Program-made: the position numbers and the translations under genes
Shown: positions 1 through 10,751 of the stretch, one piece after another
Layout: every line of letters starts with the position of its first letter
How positions within the stretch are numbered: the first letter of the stretch is position 1
The notes under the pieces: model-generated
Database searches by the model: none
What the model saw: the letters and a program-made list of their open reading frames with translations, nothing else
Told to the model about the DNA's origin: nothing
From: an uncultured Sphingomonadaceae bacterium
Lineage (GTDB): Bacteria > Pseudomonadota > Alphaproteobacteria > Sphingomonadales > Sphingomonadaceae
Assembly (NCBI GenBank): GCA_964235835.1
Contig: CAXSDY010000001.1
Span: 1 to 47,597, forward strand
Length of the DNA: 47,597 bases
Direction: 5' to 3'

Positions 1-2
1 AG

Positions 3-2438
3 CACAACGACCTCGACAACGTCGGCTACACCGCGCGCCACCACACCTTCTTCGAAATGCTCGGCAATTTCTCGTTCGGCGACTATTTCAAGGAGCAGGC
101 GATCCATCACGCCTGGACGCTCGCCACGGGCGAATGGGGCCTCGATCCCGATCGGCTGACGGTCACCGTCTACCATACCGACGACGAGGCCGCAGCGCTG
201 TGGCGCAAGATCGCCGGTCTGCCCGACAGCCGTATCATCCGCATCGCGACCAAGGACAACTTCTGGGCGATGGGCGATGACGGCCCGTCGGGCCCGTGCT
301 CGGAAATCTTCTACGACCATGGCGACCACATACCCGGCGGGCCGCCCGGCAGCCCCGACGAGGATGGCGACCGCTTCGTCGAGATCTGGAACCTGGTGTT
401 CATGCAGCATGAGCAGGTCGGTGGCCAAGTGGTTGGTGATCTTCCGAAGAAGTCGATCGACACGGGCATGGGCCTGGAGCGAATCGCGGCCGTCATGCAG
501 GGCGTGCACGACAATTATGAAACGGACACGTTCAAGGCGCTGATCGCGCAGAGCGAGGCCCTGACCCGGACGACCGCGCAGGGTGAGCGTCGGGCCAGTC
601 ACCGGGTGATCGCCGATCACCTTCGCGCCTCGGGCTTTCTCGTTGCTGATGGAGTGCTGCCCGCCAACGAAGGCCGGGGCTATGTCCTGCGCCGGATCAT
701 GCGTCGCGCGATGCGTCACGCCCATCTGCTCGGCGCGAGCGAGCCGCTGATGCACCGCCTTGTCCCGGCACTCGTCGCCGAGATGGGCGCGGCCTTCCCC
801 GAACTGGTCCGCGCGCAGGCGGCGATCGAATCCACGCTGGCGCAGGAGGAGGTGCAATTCCGCCGCACCCTCACCAACGGCCTGCGCCTGCTCGACGAAG
901 CGACCGGCGACTTGCCGTCGGGCGGCACCCTGCCGGGCGCGACCGCGTTCAAGCTCTACGATACGTTCGGTTTTCCCTACGATCTGACCGAAGACGCGCT
1001 TCGCGCCCGCGGTCTCGCGGTTGACCGCGCTGGCTTCGACCAGGCGATGGCCGCGCAGAAAGCGGCTGCCCGCGCCGCGTGGAAGGGCTCGGGCGAGCGC
1101 GCGTCCGACGACCTGTGGTTCGACCTGGTCGAGGAACATGGCCCGACTGAATTCATCGGCTACTCCGGCCACGAAGGCGAAGGGATCGTGCTGGCGATCG
1201 TCAAGGATGGCGAGCGCGTGGAGCAGGCCGCTGCCGGCGACGCGGTGCAGCTGATCCTCAATCAGACCCCTTTCTACGGCGAGAGCGGAGGTCAGGTGGG
1301 GGACGCAGGAAAACTTACCAACCCCAATGGCTTAGAAGCCGACGTTGGTGAAACGTCGAAGCCACTCGGGAAGCTTCACGCGCTGGCGACCGCCGTGCGC
1401 GGGGGCACGGTCAAGGTCGGTGACGTCGTGCATCAGTCGGTCGATATCGATCGCCGCGACGCGGTCCGCGCCAATCACTCCGCAACCCACCTGCTTCATG
1501 CCGCGCTTCGTCATCGCCTGGGCGATCACGTGACCCAGAAGGGCAGCCTGGTCGCGCCGGATCGCCTGCGGTTCGACTTCGCCCACAACGCCGCGCTGAC
1601 CCCCGCCGACATCGCCGCGGTGGAGGCGGAGGTCAACGCGCACATCCGCCACAACCAGCCGGTCACCACCCGCCTGATGACCCCCGACGATGCGATCGAG
1701 GCGGGGGCGATGGCGCTGTTCGGCGAGAAGTACGGTGACGAGGTTCGCGTGCTCTCGATGGGGCGCAACAGCGATGCCGACTATTCCGTCGAGCTGTGCG
1801 GCGGGACGCATGTCACGGCGCTTGGCGACATCGCCCTGTTCAAGATCGTCTCGGAGACCGCGGTATCCTCCGGCGTCCGCCGCATCGAGGCATTGACGGG
1901 AGAGGCGGCGCGTCAGTGGCTGTTGCATCGCGACGAGCGGCTGCGCGAAGCCGCGGCCACGCTCAGGTCCTCGCCGGACGAGGTCCCGGCCAGAGTCGCC
2001 GCGCTGATCGACGAGCGACGCAAGCTCGAGCGCGAACTCGCCGAAGCGAAGAAGGCGCTCGCCATGGGTGGCGGAGCCAAGGCGGAGGCCTCGGCAGCCG
2101 AAGAGATCGGCGGCCATGCCTTCGCAGGGCGGATCGTCGATGGCCTCGATCCCAAGACCTTGCGCGCGGAGATCGACGGCATGAAGCAGCGCCTGGGCTC
2201 CGGCATCGCAGCGCTCATCGCGACCAATGACGGCCGCGCGAGCGTCGCCGTCGGCGTAACCGACGATCTCGCCGGCAGCGTGTCGGCGGTCGAGCTGGTC
2301 AAGGCGGCGGTCACTGCTCTCGGCGGGCAGGGGGGCGGCGGGCGTCCGGACATGGCGCAGGGCGGCGGACCCGATGGGACGAAGGCGCCCGATGCGCTCG
2401 CCGCCATCCGCGAGACCCTGCAGAAGGTCGCAGTCTAG
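3..2438 (+). CDS. alaS: Alanine--tRNA ligase (5' end lies outside the window)
   Basis: Frame open from base 3 ([30 protein letters not shown]); motifs [42 protein letters not shown]. Confidence 0.99.
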   Translation, partial: HNDLDNVGYTARHHTFFEMLGNFSFGDYFKEQAIHHAWTLATGEWGLDPDRLTVTVYHTDDEAAALWRKIAGLPDSRIIRIATKDNFWAMGDDGPSGPCSEIFYDHGDHIPGGPPGSPDEDGDRFVEIWNLVFMQHEQVGGQVVGDLPKKSIDTGMGLERIAAVMQGVHDNYETDTFKALIAQSEALTRTTAQGERRASHRVIADHLRASGFLVADGVLPANEGRGYVLRRIMRRAMRHAHLLGASEPLMHRLVPALVAEMGAAFPELVRAQAAIESTLAQEEVQFRRTLTNGLRLLDEATGDLPSGGTLPGATAFKLYDTFGFPYDLTEDALRARGLAVDRAGFDQAMAAQKAAARAAWKGSGERASDDLWFDLVEEHGPTEFIGYSGHEGEGIVLAIVKDGERVEQAAAGDAVQLILNQTPFYGESGGQVGDAGKLTNPNGLEADVGETSKPLGKLHALATAVRGGTVKVGDVVHQSVDIDRRDAVRANHSATHLLHAALRHRLGDHVTQKGSLVAPDRLRFDFAHNAALTPADIAAVEAEVNAHIRHNQPVTTRLMTPDDAIEAGAMALFGEKYGDEVRVLSMGRNSDADYSVELCGGTHVTALGDIALFKIVSETAVSSGVRRIEALTGEAARQWLLHRDERLREAAATLRSSPDEVPARVAALIDERRKLERELAEAKKALAMGGGAKAEASAAEEIGGHAFAGRIVDGLDPKTLRAEIDGMKQRLGSGIAALIATNDGRASVAVGVTDDLAGSVSAVELVKAAVTALGGQGGGGRPDMAQGGGPDGTKAPDALAAIRETLQKVAV

Positions 2439-2457
2439 GTCAGTTCGCCGGCTGCCA

Positions 2458-2493
2458 GGCGCTGGGTCGCGCAAGCGACGGCGACCCAGCGCC
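2458..2493. terminator. GC-rich 13-bp hairpin downstream of alaS
   Basis: GGCGCTGGGTCGC (2458-2470) / GCGACCCAGCGCC (2481-2493). No U-tract, so the terminator role is inferred. Confidence 0.5.
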
Positions 2494-2594
2494 GGCTCGC
2501 TCGCAATCTCACCCGGGGCAATCCACCGCGATGCCGATGGTCGATGCGCCTGGCATGCTTGGCTTAGACCACGCCGGCCCGGCTCTGTCACGGC

Positions 2595-2619
2595 GGCACC
2601 CCGGTCGTGTCGGCGCGTT
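2595..2619 (+). promoter_or_regulatory. Possible EcfG/sigmaT general-stress promoter
   Basis: GGCAC-N16-CGTT, one mismatch to the GGAAC-N16/17-CGTT consensus, 30 bp upstream of the DUF2945-like gene. Confidence 0.35.
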
Positions 2620-2649
2620 CATCCGCGGGAAAAACACGGGAGAAGAGGC

Positions 2650-2856
2650 ATGGCCGAGGAACTCAAGACGGGAGATCGAGTGAGCTGGGCGTCGCACGGT
2701 GGGCGCGCCGAGGGGAAGGTGGTCAAGAAGCTGACCTCGCCGATGAGGATCAAGGGTCACGAAGTCGCGGCGTCGAAGGACAATCCCGAGTATCTGGTCG
2801 AGACCGACGAGGGCAAGCAGGCGGCCCACAAGCCCGGCGCGCTGAAGAAGGGCTGA
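2650..2856 (+). CDS. DUF2945 / hypervirulence-associated TUDOR-domain small protein (68 aa)
   Basis: MAEELKTGDRVSWASHGG...GHEVAASKDNPEYLVETDEGKQAAHKPGALKK; GAGG RBS before ATG 2650. Confidence 0.85.
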   Translation: MAEELKTGDRVSWASHGGRAEGKVVKKLTSPMRIKGHEVAASKDNPEYLVETDEGKQAAHKPGALKKG

Positions 2857-2980
2857 GTAGAGAAGCGCTTTCCTACTCGTCCGAACTCTGCCAGTTCTTG
2901 CTCGCGCTGAACCCCGAGGGGCCGTCCGTCGCGGCGATCCGAGGACAACGGCGCGGAAGCGGGCTCGGTCACCGTGAACA

Positions 2981-4200
2981 TTGAACATTCAGGCCAGGCA
3001 ACAAGTCGACGCTGACCTGATCGTCGCCGGCGGCGGTCCGACCGGGATGCTCGCGGGACTGCTGTTCGCCCGAGCCGGGTGCCGCGTCCGGGTGCTCGAG
3101 AAGCACGCGGACTTCTTCCGCGATTTCCGCGGCGACACGGTCCACCCCTCGACCATGGAGATCCTCAACCAGCTCGGGATGCTCGGCCGCTTCCTGGAGC
3201 GGCCGCACCAGCGGCTGAGCCGCGCCGAGATCCGGATCGCCGGGCGTGACTACAGCATCGCGGACCTTTCCCACCTGCGCACCCCGGCCCCGTTCATTGC
3301 GATGATGCCGCAGTGGGACCTGCTCGACTTCCTGCGCGACGAAGCGGCGGCGTTCCCGGGTTTCTCGCGGAGATGAACGCCGAAGTGACTGCCTTCGTGG
3401 AAGGCGCGGGCGCCGCGACGAGCGGGGTCGTGCTGCGCGACGGCCGAACGCTCCACGCGCCGCTGACGCTCGCTGCCGACGGCCGGTCGTCGCTAATCCG
3501 GGAGCTTCTGCCCGTGACCGCGCTCGGCGCGCCGATGGACGTCTTGTGGTTCCAGCTCGACAAGCGAGACGACGGCGGCGACGCGCTGCGCGGGTCGATT
3601 GCCACCGGGCGCATGATCGTGCTGATTGACCGGCGCAGCTATTGGCAGGTGGCCTACCTCGTGCCGAAGGGTTCCGCCGCCGCAATCGAGACGAAGGCGC
3701 TGGACTGGATCACCGACGAGGTGAAGCACGCTTATCCGGACCTCGACTTTGGCGACCGGCCGCTTCGCTCGCTCGACGACCTTCACCTGCTGACGGTCAC
3801 CCTCGACCGGCTGACCCGCTGGCATCGTCCCGGGCTGCTCGCGATCGGCGATGCGGCGCACGCAATGTCGCCGATCGGAGGCATCGGCATCAACCTGGCG
3901 ATCCAGGACGCGGTCGCGGCGGCCAACATCCTTGCGGGACCGCTCGCTGCGGGGAAGCAGGTCGACGGATTGCTCGCGCGCGTCCAGCGCAAGCGGCTAC
4001 TGCCGACGCGGCTCGTGCAATCCGCACAGAAGGCGGCGCAGGACGCGGTCATCGGTCGCGTGCTCGGCGGCGCGCCGATCACCTCCGCGCCGCTCGCCGT
4101 GCGGCTGCTCGATCGATTCCCCTTGCTCCGGCGCATTCCCGGCCGACTGATCGGCCTGGGGGTCGGCCGCGAACGCGTGACCAGCCCGCTCAGGCGGTGA
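2981..4200 (+). pseudogene. FAD-dependent oxidoreductase/monooxygenase (UbiH/COQ6-like), frameshifted near 3368
   Basis: N-terminal GGGPTG and DFRGDTVHPST in ORF 2981-3376; ADG and IGDAAHAMSPIGGIGINLAIQDA in ORF 3313-4200; the halves join with one extra base. Confidence 0.8.
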
Positions 4201-5419
4201 CCGACTGCTCTACCATCGCCTTCTCCAGGTTGGCGCGGATCGCCTCGAAGAATTGTTCGGTCGTCATCCACGCCTGGTCTGGCCCGATCAGGATGGCGAG
4301 ATCCTTCGTCATCTTGCCCTCCTCGACGGTCTCGACGCAGACGCGTTCGAGCGTCTCGGCGAAGCGCACCACCTCGGGCGTGTCGTCGAACTTGCCGCGA
4401 TACTTGAGCCCGCCGGTCCAGGCGAAGATCGACGCAATCGGATTTGTCGAGGTCGCCTTGCCCTGCTGGTGCATGCGATAGTGGCGCGTGACCGTGCCGT
4501 GCGCCGCCTCGGCCTCGATCGTCTTTCCGTCGGGCGTCATCAGCACCGACGTCATCAGCCCCAACGAGCCGAAGCCCTGCGCGACCTGGTCCGACTGGAC
4601 GTCGCCGTCGTAGTTCTTGCAGGCCCACACGAACTTGCCGCTCCACTTGAGCGCGGACGCCACCATGTCGTCGATCAGGCGGTGCTGGTACTCGATGCCT
4701 GCCTGGGCGAAGCTGTCCTTGAACTCGGCGTCGAACACTTCCTGGAAGATGTCCTTGAAACGCCCGTCATAGGCCTTGAGGATGGTGTTCTTGGTGCTGA
4801 GGTAGACCGGCCAGCCCAGGTTGAGGCCGTAGTTGAGGCTCGCCCTCGCGAAGTCGCGGATCGACTCGTCCAGGTTGTACATGCCCATCGCGACGCCCGC
4901 GGCGGGATAATCGAACACCTCCTTTTCGATCACCTGGCCGTCCTCGCCGACCCACTTCATCGTCAGCTTGCCCTTGCCGGGGACCGTGAAGTCGGTCGCC
5001 TTGTACTGGTCGCCATAGGCGTGGCGGCCGATGACGATCGGGTCGGTCCAGCTGGGGATCAGGCGCGGGATGTTGCTGATTACAATCGGCTCGCGGAAAA
5101 CGACGCCGCCCAGGATGTTGCGGATCGTGCCGTTGGGTGACTTCCACATTTGCTTGAGTTTGAACTCCTCGACCCGCGCCTCGTCGGGCGTGATGGTCGC
5201 GCATTTCACACCGACACCGTACTTCCTGATCGCGTCCGCGCTTTCGACCGTGATCCGATCATCTGTCTCGTCCCGCTTCTCGATGCCGAGGTCGAAATAG
5301 AGCAGGTCGACGTCGAGGTACGGCAGGATCAGCCGCTCGCGGATCCACTGCCAGATGATGCGGGTCATCTCGTCGCCGTCGAGCTCGACGAGGGGGGTTT
5401 TTACCTTGATCTTGGCCAT
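4190..5419 (-). CDS. icd: NADP-dependent isocitrate dehydrogenase
   Basis: [50 protein letters not shown]. Confidence 0.99.
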   Translation of the reverse strand: MAKIKVKTPLVELDGDEMTRIIWQWIRERLILPYLDVDLLYFDLGIEKRDETDDRITVESADAIRKYGVGVKCATITPDEARVEEFKLKQMWKSPNGTIRNILGGVVFREPIVISNIPRLIPSWTDPIVIGRHAYGDQYKATDFTVPGKGKLTMKWVGEDGQVIEKEVFDYPAAGVAMGMYNLDESIRDFARASLNYGLNLGWPVYLSTKNTILKAYDGRFKDIFQEVFDAEFKDSFAQAGIEYQHRLIDDMVASALKWSGKFVWACKNYDGDVQSDQVAQGFGSLGLMTSVLMTPDGKTIEAEAAHGTVTRHYRMHQQGKATSTNPIASIFAWTGGLKYRGKFDDTPEVVRFAETLERVCVETVEEGKMTKDLAILIGPDQAWMTTEQFFEAIRANLEKAMVEQSVTA

Positions 5420-5551
5420 TGCGTCATCCTGCGTTCCGGTGTTGGGGCGGCCTTAAGCGCGCGTCCGTGGCAAGGCAACGGCGCGGCGCCGCTCGCAACT
5501 GACCCCGGGCCCGCGGTTGTCGTGTCCTGGTACGGAGGGTAGGAGAGGGCG

Positions 5552-6280
5552 ATGGCCGAGCTTCCCAATCCCGACAGTCAGCTGACCGCAGTGAAGTGGC
5601 GGTTCCCTTCGATCCATCCGGAGGGGCGCAAGTTCACCCTGATCGCTGCCGTGCTGACCCTGATCGCCTACGGCGCGTTGAGCCACTTCGTCGGCTGGCT
5701 GCTCGTCGGCCTGACGATCTGGGTGGCTGCCTTCTTCCGCGATCCGATCCGGACGACCCCGCATGATCCCGCGCTGATCGTCGCACCGGCGGATGGGCTG
5801 ATCACCATGATCTCGCGAGTGAGCGGACCGCCCGAACTGCTGATGGACGGGATGAGCGGGACGTTCACCCGCGTGTCGATCTTCATGTCGGTGTTCGACG
5901 TCCACATCAATCGATCGCCGATCGCGGGCCGCATCCGCCGCGTCGCCTACGTGCCCGGCAAGTTCCTCAACGCCGATCTCGACAAGGCCAGCGAGGACAA
6001 CGAGCGTCAGCATTTCCTGGTGGCTCGGGAGGACGGCGTGACGATCGGCTTTACGCAGATCGCAGGCCTCGTCGCCCGGCGCATCATGGCCTTCGTCAAG
6101 GAGGGCGACGTGGTCGCCGCGGGCCAGCGCATCGGTCTCATCCGCTTCGGCAGCCGCGTCGACGTCTATTTGCCCGAGGGCACCGCGCCACAGGTCCTGC
6201 TCGGCCAGCGCACGATCGCGGGCGAGACGGTGCTGGCGACGCTCGGCCAGTCGCGCCTGCTGACGGGCCGAAGCGAGTGA
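5552..6280 (+). CDS. psd: Phosphatidylserine decarboxylase proenzyme
   Basis: [29 protein letters not shown] autocleavage motif. Confidence 0.96.
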   Translation: MAELPNPDSQLTAVKWRFPSIHPEGRKFTLIAAVLTLIAYGALSHFVGWLLVGLTIWVAAFFRDPIRTTPHDPALIVAPADGLITMISRVSGPPELLMDGMSGTFTRVSIFMSVFDVHINRSPIAGRIRRVAYVPGKFLNADLDKASEDNERQHFLVAREDGVTIGFTQIAGLVARRIMAFVKEGDVVAAGQRIGLIRFGSRVDVYLPEGTAPQVLLGQRTIAGETVLATLGQSRLLTGRSE

Positions 6281-7086
6281 ATCATGGCGAGGGGCGGGGG
6301 CTGCCGCTGCGCGCGTTCGTTCCGAACGCCGTCACGATCCTGGCCCTGTGCTCCGGGTTGACCGGCATCCGCTTCGGCATGGGAGGGAAGTGGGGCCTCG
6401 CCATCATCTTCATCGTCGTTGCCGGCGTTCTCGACGCGCTGGATGGCCGGATCGCCCGACTGCTCAAGGCGAACAGCAAGTTCGGCGCTGAACTCGACAG
6501 CTTGTGCGACAATATCGCCTTCGGGACCGCCCCCGCGCTGATCCTGTTTCAGTGGTCGCTGAGCCGGGCGCCGAAGTTCGGCTGGACGATCGCGCTTGCG
6601 CTTGCGATCACCTGCGCGCTGCGGCTCGCCAGGTTCAATTCTCGGATCGATGCCGATGTCCAGCCACACAAATCTGCGGGCTTCAACACCGGGGTTCCGG
6701 CACCCGCGGGCGCAGGGCTCGCGTTCGTGCCGATCTACCTTTGGCTGATCACCGCCAACGACGCTTTTCGTGATTGGCGTGTGGTGATGCCGTGGACCTT
6801 GTTCATCGCCATCCTGATGATCTCGGCTATCCCGACCTTCAGCTGGACCTCGATCCGCATCCGCAAGAGCTGGCGCGTCGTCGCGCTCGCGGGGGTCGCG
6901 GTCCTCGCCGCGGCATTAATCAACGAACCGTGGATCACGCTGCTGTTGGTCTCGCTCGCCTATCTTATCAGCGTTCCGCTGAGCCTGGCGAGCTACGCCC
7001 GCGTCAAGCGGCGGCGCGCCACTCGGTCGGCGCGCGCTTTGCTGCAACCCGCACCGGCTGTGGCCGCGACGGGTAGCGTGGACTGA
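6277..7086 (+). CDS. pssA: CDP-diacylglycerol--serine O-phosphatidyltransferase
   Basis: CDP-alcohol phosphotransferase motif DALDGRIAR...GAELDSLCD; LRLARFN; coupled to psd by GTGA overlap. Confidence 0.93.
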   Translation: MNHGEGRGLPLRAFVPNAVTILALCSGLTGIRFGMGGKWGLAIIFIVVAGVLDALDGRIARLLKANSKFGAELDSLCDNIAFGTAPALILFQWSLSRAPKFGWTIALALAITCALRLARFNSRIDADVQPHKSAGFNTGVPAPAGAGLAFVPIYLWLITANDAFRDWRVVMPWTLFIAILMISAIPTFSWTSIRIRKSWRVVALAGVAVLAAALINEPWITLLLVSLAYLISVPLSLASYARVKRRRATRSARALLQPAPAVAATGSVD

Positions 7087-7252
7087 AGCGGACGGTCACT
7101 TCGCGCACTTGCGCCAGCTCTTCCGAACGCAGCGACCGTCCCTTGAGCGCTGCGACGATCTTCCCGCCACTGTCGTCCAGCGACGACACGACGACCACGA
7201 ACGCAGCCCAGCTTGCGACGAGAAAGGTCAGGGTCATCAGGGCTGCGGTCAC
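7004..7252 (-). CDS. Small membrane protein (82 aa), putatively LexA-regulated
   Basis: GGAG RBS before GTG; N-terminal hydrophobic helix LMTLTFLVASWAAFVVVV; basic tail ending WRAAA; own promoter with a LexA box. Confidence 0.7.
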   Translation of the reverse strand: MTAALMTLTFLVASWAAFVVVVSSLDDSGGKIVAALKGRSLRSEELAQVREVTVRFSPRYPSRPQPVRVAAKRAPTEWRAAA

Positions 7253-7334
7253 GGGCGTTCTCCGTTTGTTACGTTGCTAACTGTGGACGAATCACTTGGT
7301 TCCAGCTCGGTCCAAGAAACCGCGTCAAGCTGCC

Positions 7335-7363
7335 ATTGTTCCCGTTATGTTCTTTCTTGTCAA
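7335..7363 (-). promoter_or_regulatory. Sigma70-like promoter overlapped by an alphaproteobacterial LexA (SOS) box
   Basis: Minus strand reads TTGACA-17 bp-AACAAT; GTTC-CCGTTAT-GTTC (7338-7352) is a perfect GTTC-N7-GTTC. Confidence 0.8.
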
Positions 7364-7419
7364 GCGCACCCGATCAGGCGTGACCCGTGCCTACCACTTG
7401 ATCGGGTCGTGCCCTTCGC

Positions 7420-7519
7420 GTAGGGGCGCGGCTCATCCCACAGGTGGAACCGTCATCCCGGTGCCGATCTCGCGATCGGTTCTTGGCTCCACCGAGGTCT
7501 AACCGGAAAGGAACTGACT
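7420..7519 (+). promoter_or_regulatory. Probable rpsB 5' leader (S2 autoregulatory region)
   Basis: Non-coding stretch with pairing potential (GGTGGA...TCCACC; CCGATC...GATCGG) ending in the GGAAAGGA RBS; function inferred from position. Confidence 0.4.
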
Positions 7520-8272
7520 ATGGCGACCAACGTCGTCACCCTGCAGCAATTGCTCGAAGCCGGAGCGCACTTCGGCCACCAGACCCACCGCTGGAATCCT
7601 CGCATGAAGCCGTACATCTTCGGCGAGCGGAACGGTGTTCACATCATCGACCTGTCGCAGAGCGTGCCGCTGTTCGCGCGCGCCCTCGACTTCGTCAGCC
7701 AGGCGGTCGCCCGCGGCGGCAAGGTGCTGTTCGTCGGCACCAAGCGCCAGGCGCAGGACGCAGTCGCGGAGGCCGCTGCGTCGTCCGGCCAGCACTTCGT
7801 CAATCACCGCTGGCTCGGTGGCATGCTGACCAACTGGAAGACGATCTCGAATTCGATCAAGCGCTTGAAGACGCTGGAGGAGCAGCTGTCGGGCGACACG
7901 GCTGGACTGACCAAGAAGGAAGTGCTGCAGCTGACGCGCGAACGCGACAAGCTCGAGAAGAGCCTGGGGGGCATTCGCGACATGGGCGGACTTCCCGACG
8001 TGATGTTCGTGATCGATTCGAACAAGGAAGAACTGGCGATCAAGGAAGCCAATGTGCTCGGCATCCCGGTCGTCGCGATCCTCGATTCGAATTCGAACCC
8101 GAACGGCATCGCCTTCCCGGTGCCGGGCAACGATGACGCCAGTCGCGCGATCCGCCTTTATACCGAATCTGTCGCCGCCGCGGCGCGCTCGGGCAAGAGC
8201 GGCAACCAGGCCGCCAAGGGTGTCGACATCGGCGAAATGGCCGAGCCGCCCGTCGAGGAAGCGCTGGCGTAG
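7520..8272 (+). CDS. rpsB: 30S ribosomal protein S2
   Basis: [35 protein letters not shown]. Confidence 0.99.
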   Translation: MATNVVTLQQLLEAGAHFGHQTHRWNPRMKPYIFGERNGVHIIDLSQSVPLFARALDFVSQAVARGGKVLFVGTKRQAQDAVAEAAASSGQHFVNHRWLGGMLTNWKTISNSIKRLKTLEEQLSGDTAGLTKKEVLQLTRERDKLEKSLGGIRDMGGLPDVMFVIDSNKEELAIKEANVLGIPVVAILDSNSNPNGIAFPVPGNDDASRAIRLYTESVAAAARSGKSGNQAAKGVDIGEMAEPPVEEALA

Positions 8273-8274
8273 CG

Positions 8275-8379
8275 CTTCGATACGGCATTTCGACTTCGCT
8301 CCATGCCTACTCGGCATGAGCGGGTTTTGATTCGCTCATCCTAAGGTGCCGCTGAGCTCGTCGAAGCGGCGTATCGAAG
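8275..8379. repeat. Imperfect ~105-bp palindromic element (REP/MITE-like) between rpsB and tsf
   Basis: Nested inverted arms CTTCGATACG/CGTATCGAAG, TTCGAC/GTCGAA, ATGAGCG/CGCTCAT. Confidence 0.7.
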
Positions 8380-8410
8380 GACTGCGCGCAACGGACGAGA
8401 AGGAAGAGAC

Positions 8411-9355
8411 ATGGCTGAGATCACCGCTGCCTCGGTGAAGGAACTGCGCGAGCGCACCGGCGCCGGCATGATGGACTGCAAGAAGGCGCTGTCCGAGAAC
8501 AACGGCGACATGGAAGCGTCGGTCGACTGGCTGCGCACCAAGGGCCTTGCCGCGGCGGCGAAGAAAGCCGGCCGCACGGCCGCCGAAGGGCTGGTCGGCG
8601 TCGCCGTCCACGGTCCGATGGGCGCGGTCGTCGAGGTTAATTCCGAAACCGACTTCGTCGCCAAAAACGAGCAGTTCCAGGCGTTCGTCGGCAATGTCGC
8701 GCGCATCGCGCTCGCCACCGGGAACGACATCGAGGAGCTTGGCCGCGCCAACTATCCGGGTGGCGGGTCCGTCACCGAAGCGCTGACCGACAATATCGCC
8801 AAGATCGGCGAGAACCAGTCGCTGCGCCGTGCGGCTCGGCTCGAGGTCGGCCAAGGCGCAGTCGTCTCCTACGTCCACAACGCCGCCGCCCCGAACATGG
8901 GCAAGATCGGCGTGCTCGTCGCGCTAGAAAGCAGCGCGCCGGCGGAGGCGCTGCAGGCGCTCGGCAAGCAGATCGCGATGCACATCGCCGCGGCCAATCC
9001 GCTCGCGCTGGCGGCCGATGGGCTCGATCCTGCTCTGGTCGAGCGCGAGCGCGGTATTGCGATGGAGAAGGCCAAGGAGAGCGGCAAGCCGGCCAACATC
9101 GTGGAGAAGATGGTCGAGGGCGGGCTGGCGAAGTTCCGCAAGGACAATGCGCTGCTCAGCCAGCTGTTCGTGATGGACAACAAGACGCCCGTCGCGGACG
9201 TGGTCGCCGCCGCCTCAAAGGAAGCCGGTGCGCCGATCCTCCTCAAGGCGTTCGAGCGCTTCCAACTCGGCGAAGGGATCGAGCGGACGACGAGCGACTT
9301 CGCAGCTGAGGTCGCTGCGGCGGCAGGCGTCAAGAAGGACGAACCGGTCGAGTGA
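8411..9355 (+). CDS. tsf: Elongation factor Ts
   Basis: [33 protein letters not shown]. Confidence 0.99.
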   Translation: MAEITAASVKELRERTGAGMMDCKKALSENNGDMEASVDWLRTKGLAAAAKKAGRTAAEGLVGVAVHGPMGAVVEVNSETDFVAKNEQFQAFVGNVARIALATGNDIEELGRANYPGGGSVTEALTDNIAKIGENQSLRRAARLEVGQGAVVSYVHNAAAPNMGKIGVLVALESSAPAEALQALGKQIAMHIAAANPLALAADGLDPALVERERGIAMEKAKESGKPANIVEKMVEGGLAKFRKDNALLSQLFVMDNKTPVADVVAAASKEAGAPILLKAFERFQLGEGIERTTSDFAAEVAAAAGVKKDEPVE

Positions 9356-9413
9356 CAGGTCGCGGGTGAAGCCCGGGATGACGGCTCGGGCTGCGCGAAG
9401 TGAAATGTTGGCA

Positions 9414-9450
9414 GTGGGGCAGGGTGGCCGTAAGAGCGCTCCTGCCCCAC
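9414..9450. terminator. Hairpin between tsf and pyrH
   Basis: GTGGGGCAGG / CCTGCCCCAC 10-bp stem, followed by CGCTTT. Confidence 0.45.
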
Positions 9451-9467
9451 CGCTTTGAACGGACCCT

Positions 9468-10190
9468 ATGACCCGCCCGCGTTTCAATCGTATCCTGCTG
9501 AAATTGTCGGGCGAAGCGCTGATGGGGCCGGGCCAGTTCGGCATCGATCCCGAGACGGTCGCCGGGCTCGCAGGCGAAGTCGCGGCTGCCAAGGCTGCCG
9601 GCCATGAACTCTGCCTGGTCGTCGGCGGAGGCAACATCTTCCGCGGCATCGCCGGTGCGGCCAAGGGTCTCGACCGGGCCAGCGCCGACTACATGGGCAT
9701 GCTTGCGACCGTCATGAACGCGCTCGCGGTCCAGAACGCCCTCGAGAAATTGGGCGTGCACACGCGCGTCCAATCAGCGATCCCGATGTCGAGCGTGTGC
9801 GAGCCCTATGTCCGCCGCCGGGCGATGCGCCATATCGAGAAGGGCCGCATCGTGATATTCGCGGCCGGCACCGGCAATCCTTATTTCACCACCGACACCG
9901 CCGCCGCGCTGCGCGCCGCCGAAATGGGCTGCGATGCGCTGTTCAAGGGCACGAGCGTCGACGGCGTCTACGATGCCGACCCCAAGAAGGTCCCGACCGC
10001 CAAGCGCTACGAGCATCTCGCGTTCAGCCGCGTGCTGGCCGATGATCTCAAGGTGATGGACGCATCGGCCGTGGCGCTGTGCCGTGACAACAATATCCCG
10101 ATCGTCGTGTTCAATATCCGCGAGCCGGGCAACCTCGCCCAGGTGCTTGCGGGTGGCGGAACGGCGACGATCGTCCAGACCGAGGAGTAG
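9468..10190 (+). CDS. pyrH: UMP kinase
   Basis: [35 protein letters not shown]. Confidence 0.99.
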   Translation: MTRPRFNRILLKLSGEALMGPGQFGIDPETVAGLAGEVAAAKAAGHELCLVVGGGNIFRGIAGAAKGLDRASADYMGMLATVMNALAVQNALEKLGVHTRVQSAIPMSSVCEPYVRRRAMRHIEKGRIVIFAAGTGNPYFTTDTAAALRAAEMGCDALFKGTSVDGVYDADPKKVPTAKRYEHLAFSRVLADDLKVMDASAVALCRDNNIPIVVFNIREPGNLAQVLAGGGTATIVQTEE

Positions 10191-10193
10191 ATC

Positions 10194-10751
10194 ATGGCTG
10201 CTTACGACAAGTCCGACCTGCAACGCCGGATGACCGGCGCCATCGATGCGCTCAAGCATGACTTGGTTGGCTTGCGGACGGGCCGGGCGTCGACTGCGCT
10301 GCTCGAGCCGATCACGGTCGAGGTCTATGGCGCGCACATGCCGATCAACCAGGTCGCGACGATCTCCGCGCCCGAGCCGCGCATGCTGTCGGTGCAGGTG
10401 TGGGACAAGTCGAATACCTCATCGGTGGAAAGGGCGATCCGCTCGGCCGGCCTGGGCCTCAATCCGATCACCGACGGGCAGATGATCCGCCTGCCGATTC
10501 CCGACCTGACCGAAGAGCGTCGCAAGGAGTTGGCCAAGCTCGCCGGCCAATATGCCGAGAAGGCGCGCATCGCTGTCCGCAACGTGCGGCGCGACGGGAT
10601 GGACGCGCTCAAGACCGACGAGAAGAAGAACGTGATCAGCGAGGACGAGCGCAAGCGCCACGAGACCGAGGTGCAGAAGCTGACCGACGACACGATCAAG
10701 GACATCGACGCCACGGCTCACAGCAAGGAACAGGAAATCCTCGGCAAGTGA
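10194..10751 (+). CDS. frr: Ribosome recycling factor
   Basis: [26 protein letters not shown]. Confidence 0.99.
   Translation: MAAYDKSDLQRRMTGAIDALKHDLVGLRTGRASTALLEPITVEVYGAHMPINQVATISAPEPRMLSVQVWDKSNTSSVERAIRSAGLGLNPITDGQMIRLPIPDLTEERRKELAKLAGQYAEKARIAVRNVRRDGMDALKTDEKKNVISEDERKRHETEVQKLTDDTIKDIDATAHSKEQEILGK

Noticed and set aside
1332-2591. Long antisense and alternate-frame ORFs (e.g. 1332-2591, 12812-14155, 14554-15732, 20405-22549, 23268-24854, 43830-45176)
   Set aside because: Shadows of well-supported genes in high-GC DNA; Arg/Pro/Ala-rich with no motifs
2975-2988. TGAACAT-TGAACAT tandem at the oxidoreductase start as a LexA box
   Set aside because: GAAC spacing is 3 nt rather than 7; too short to call any operator
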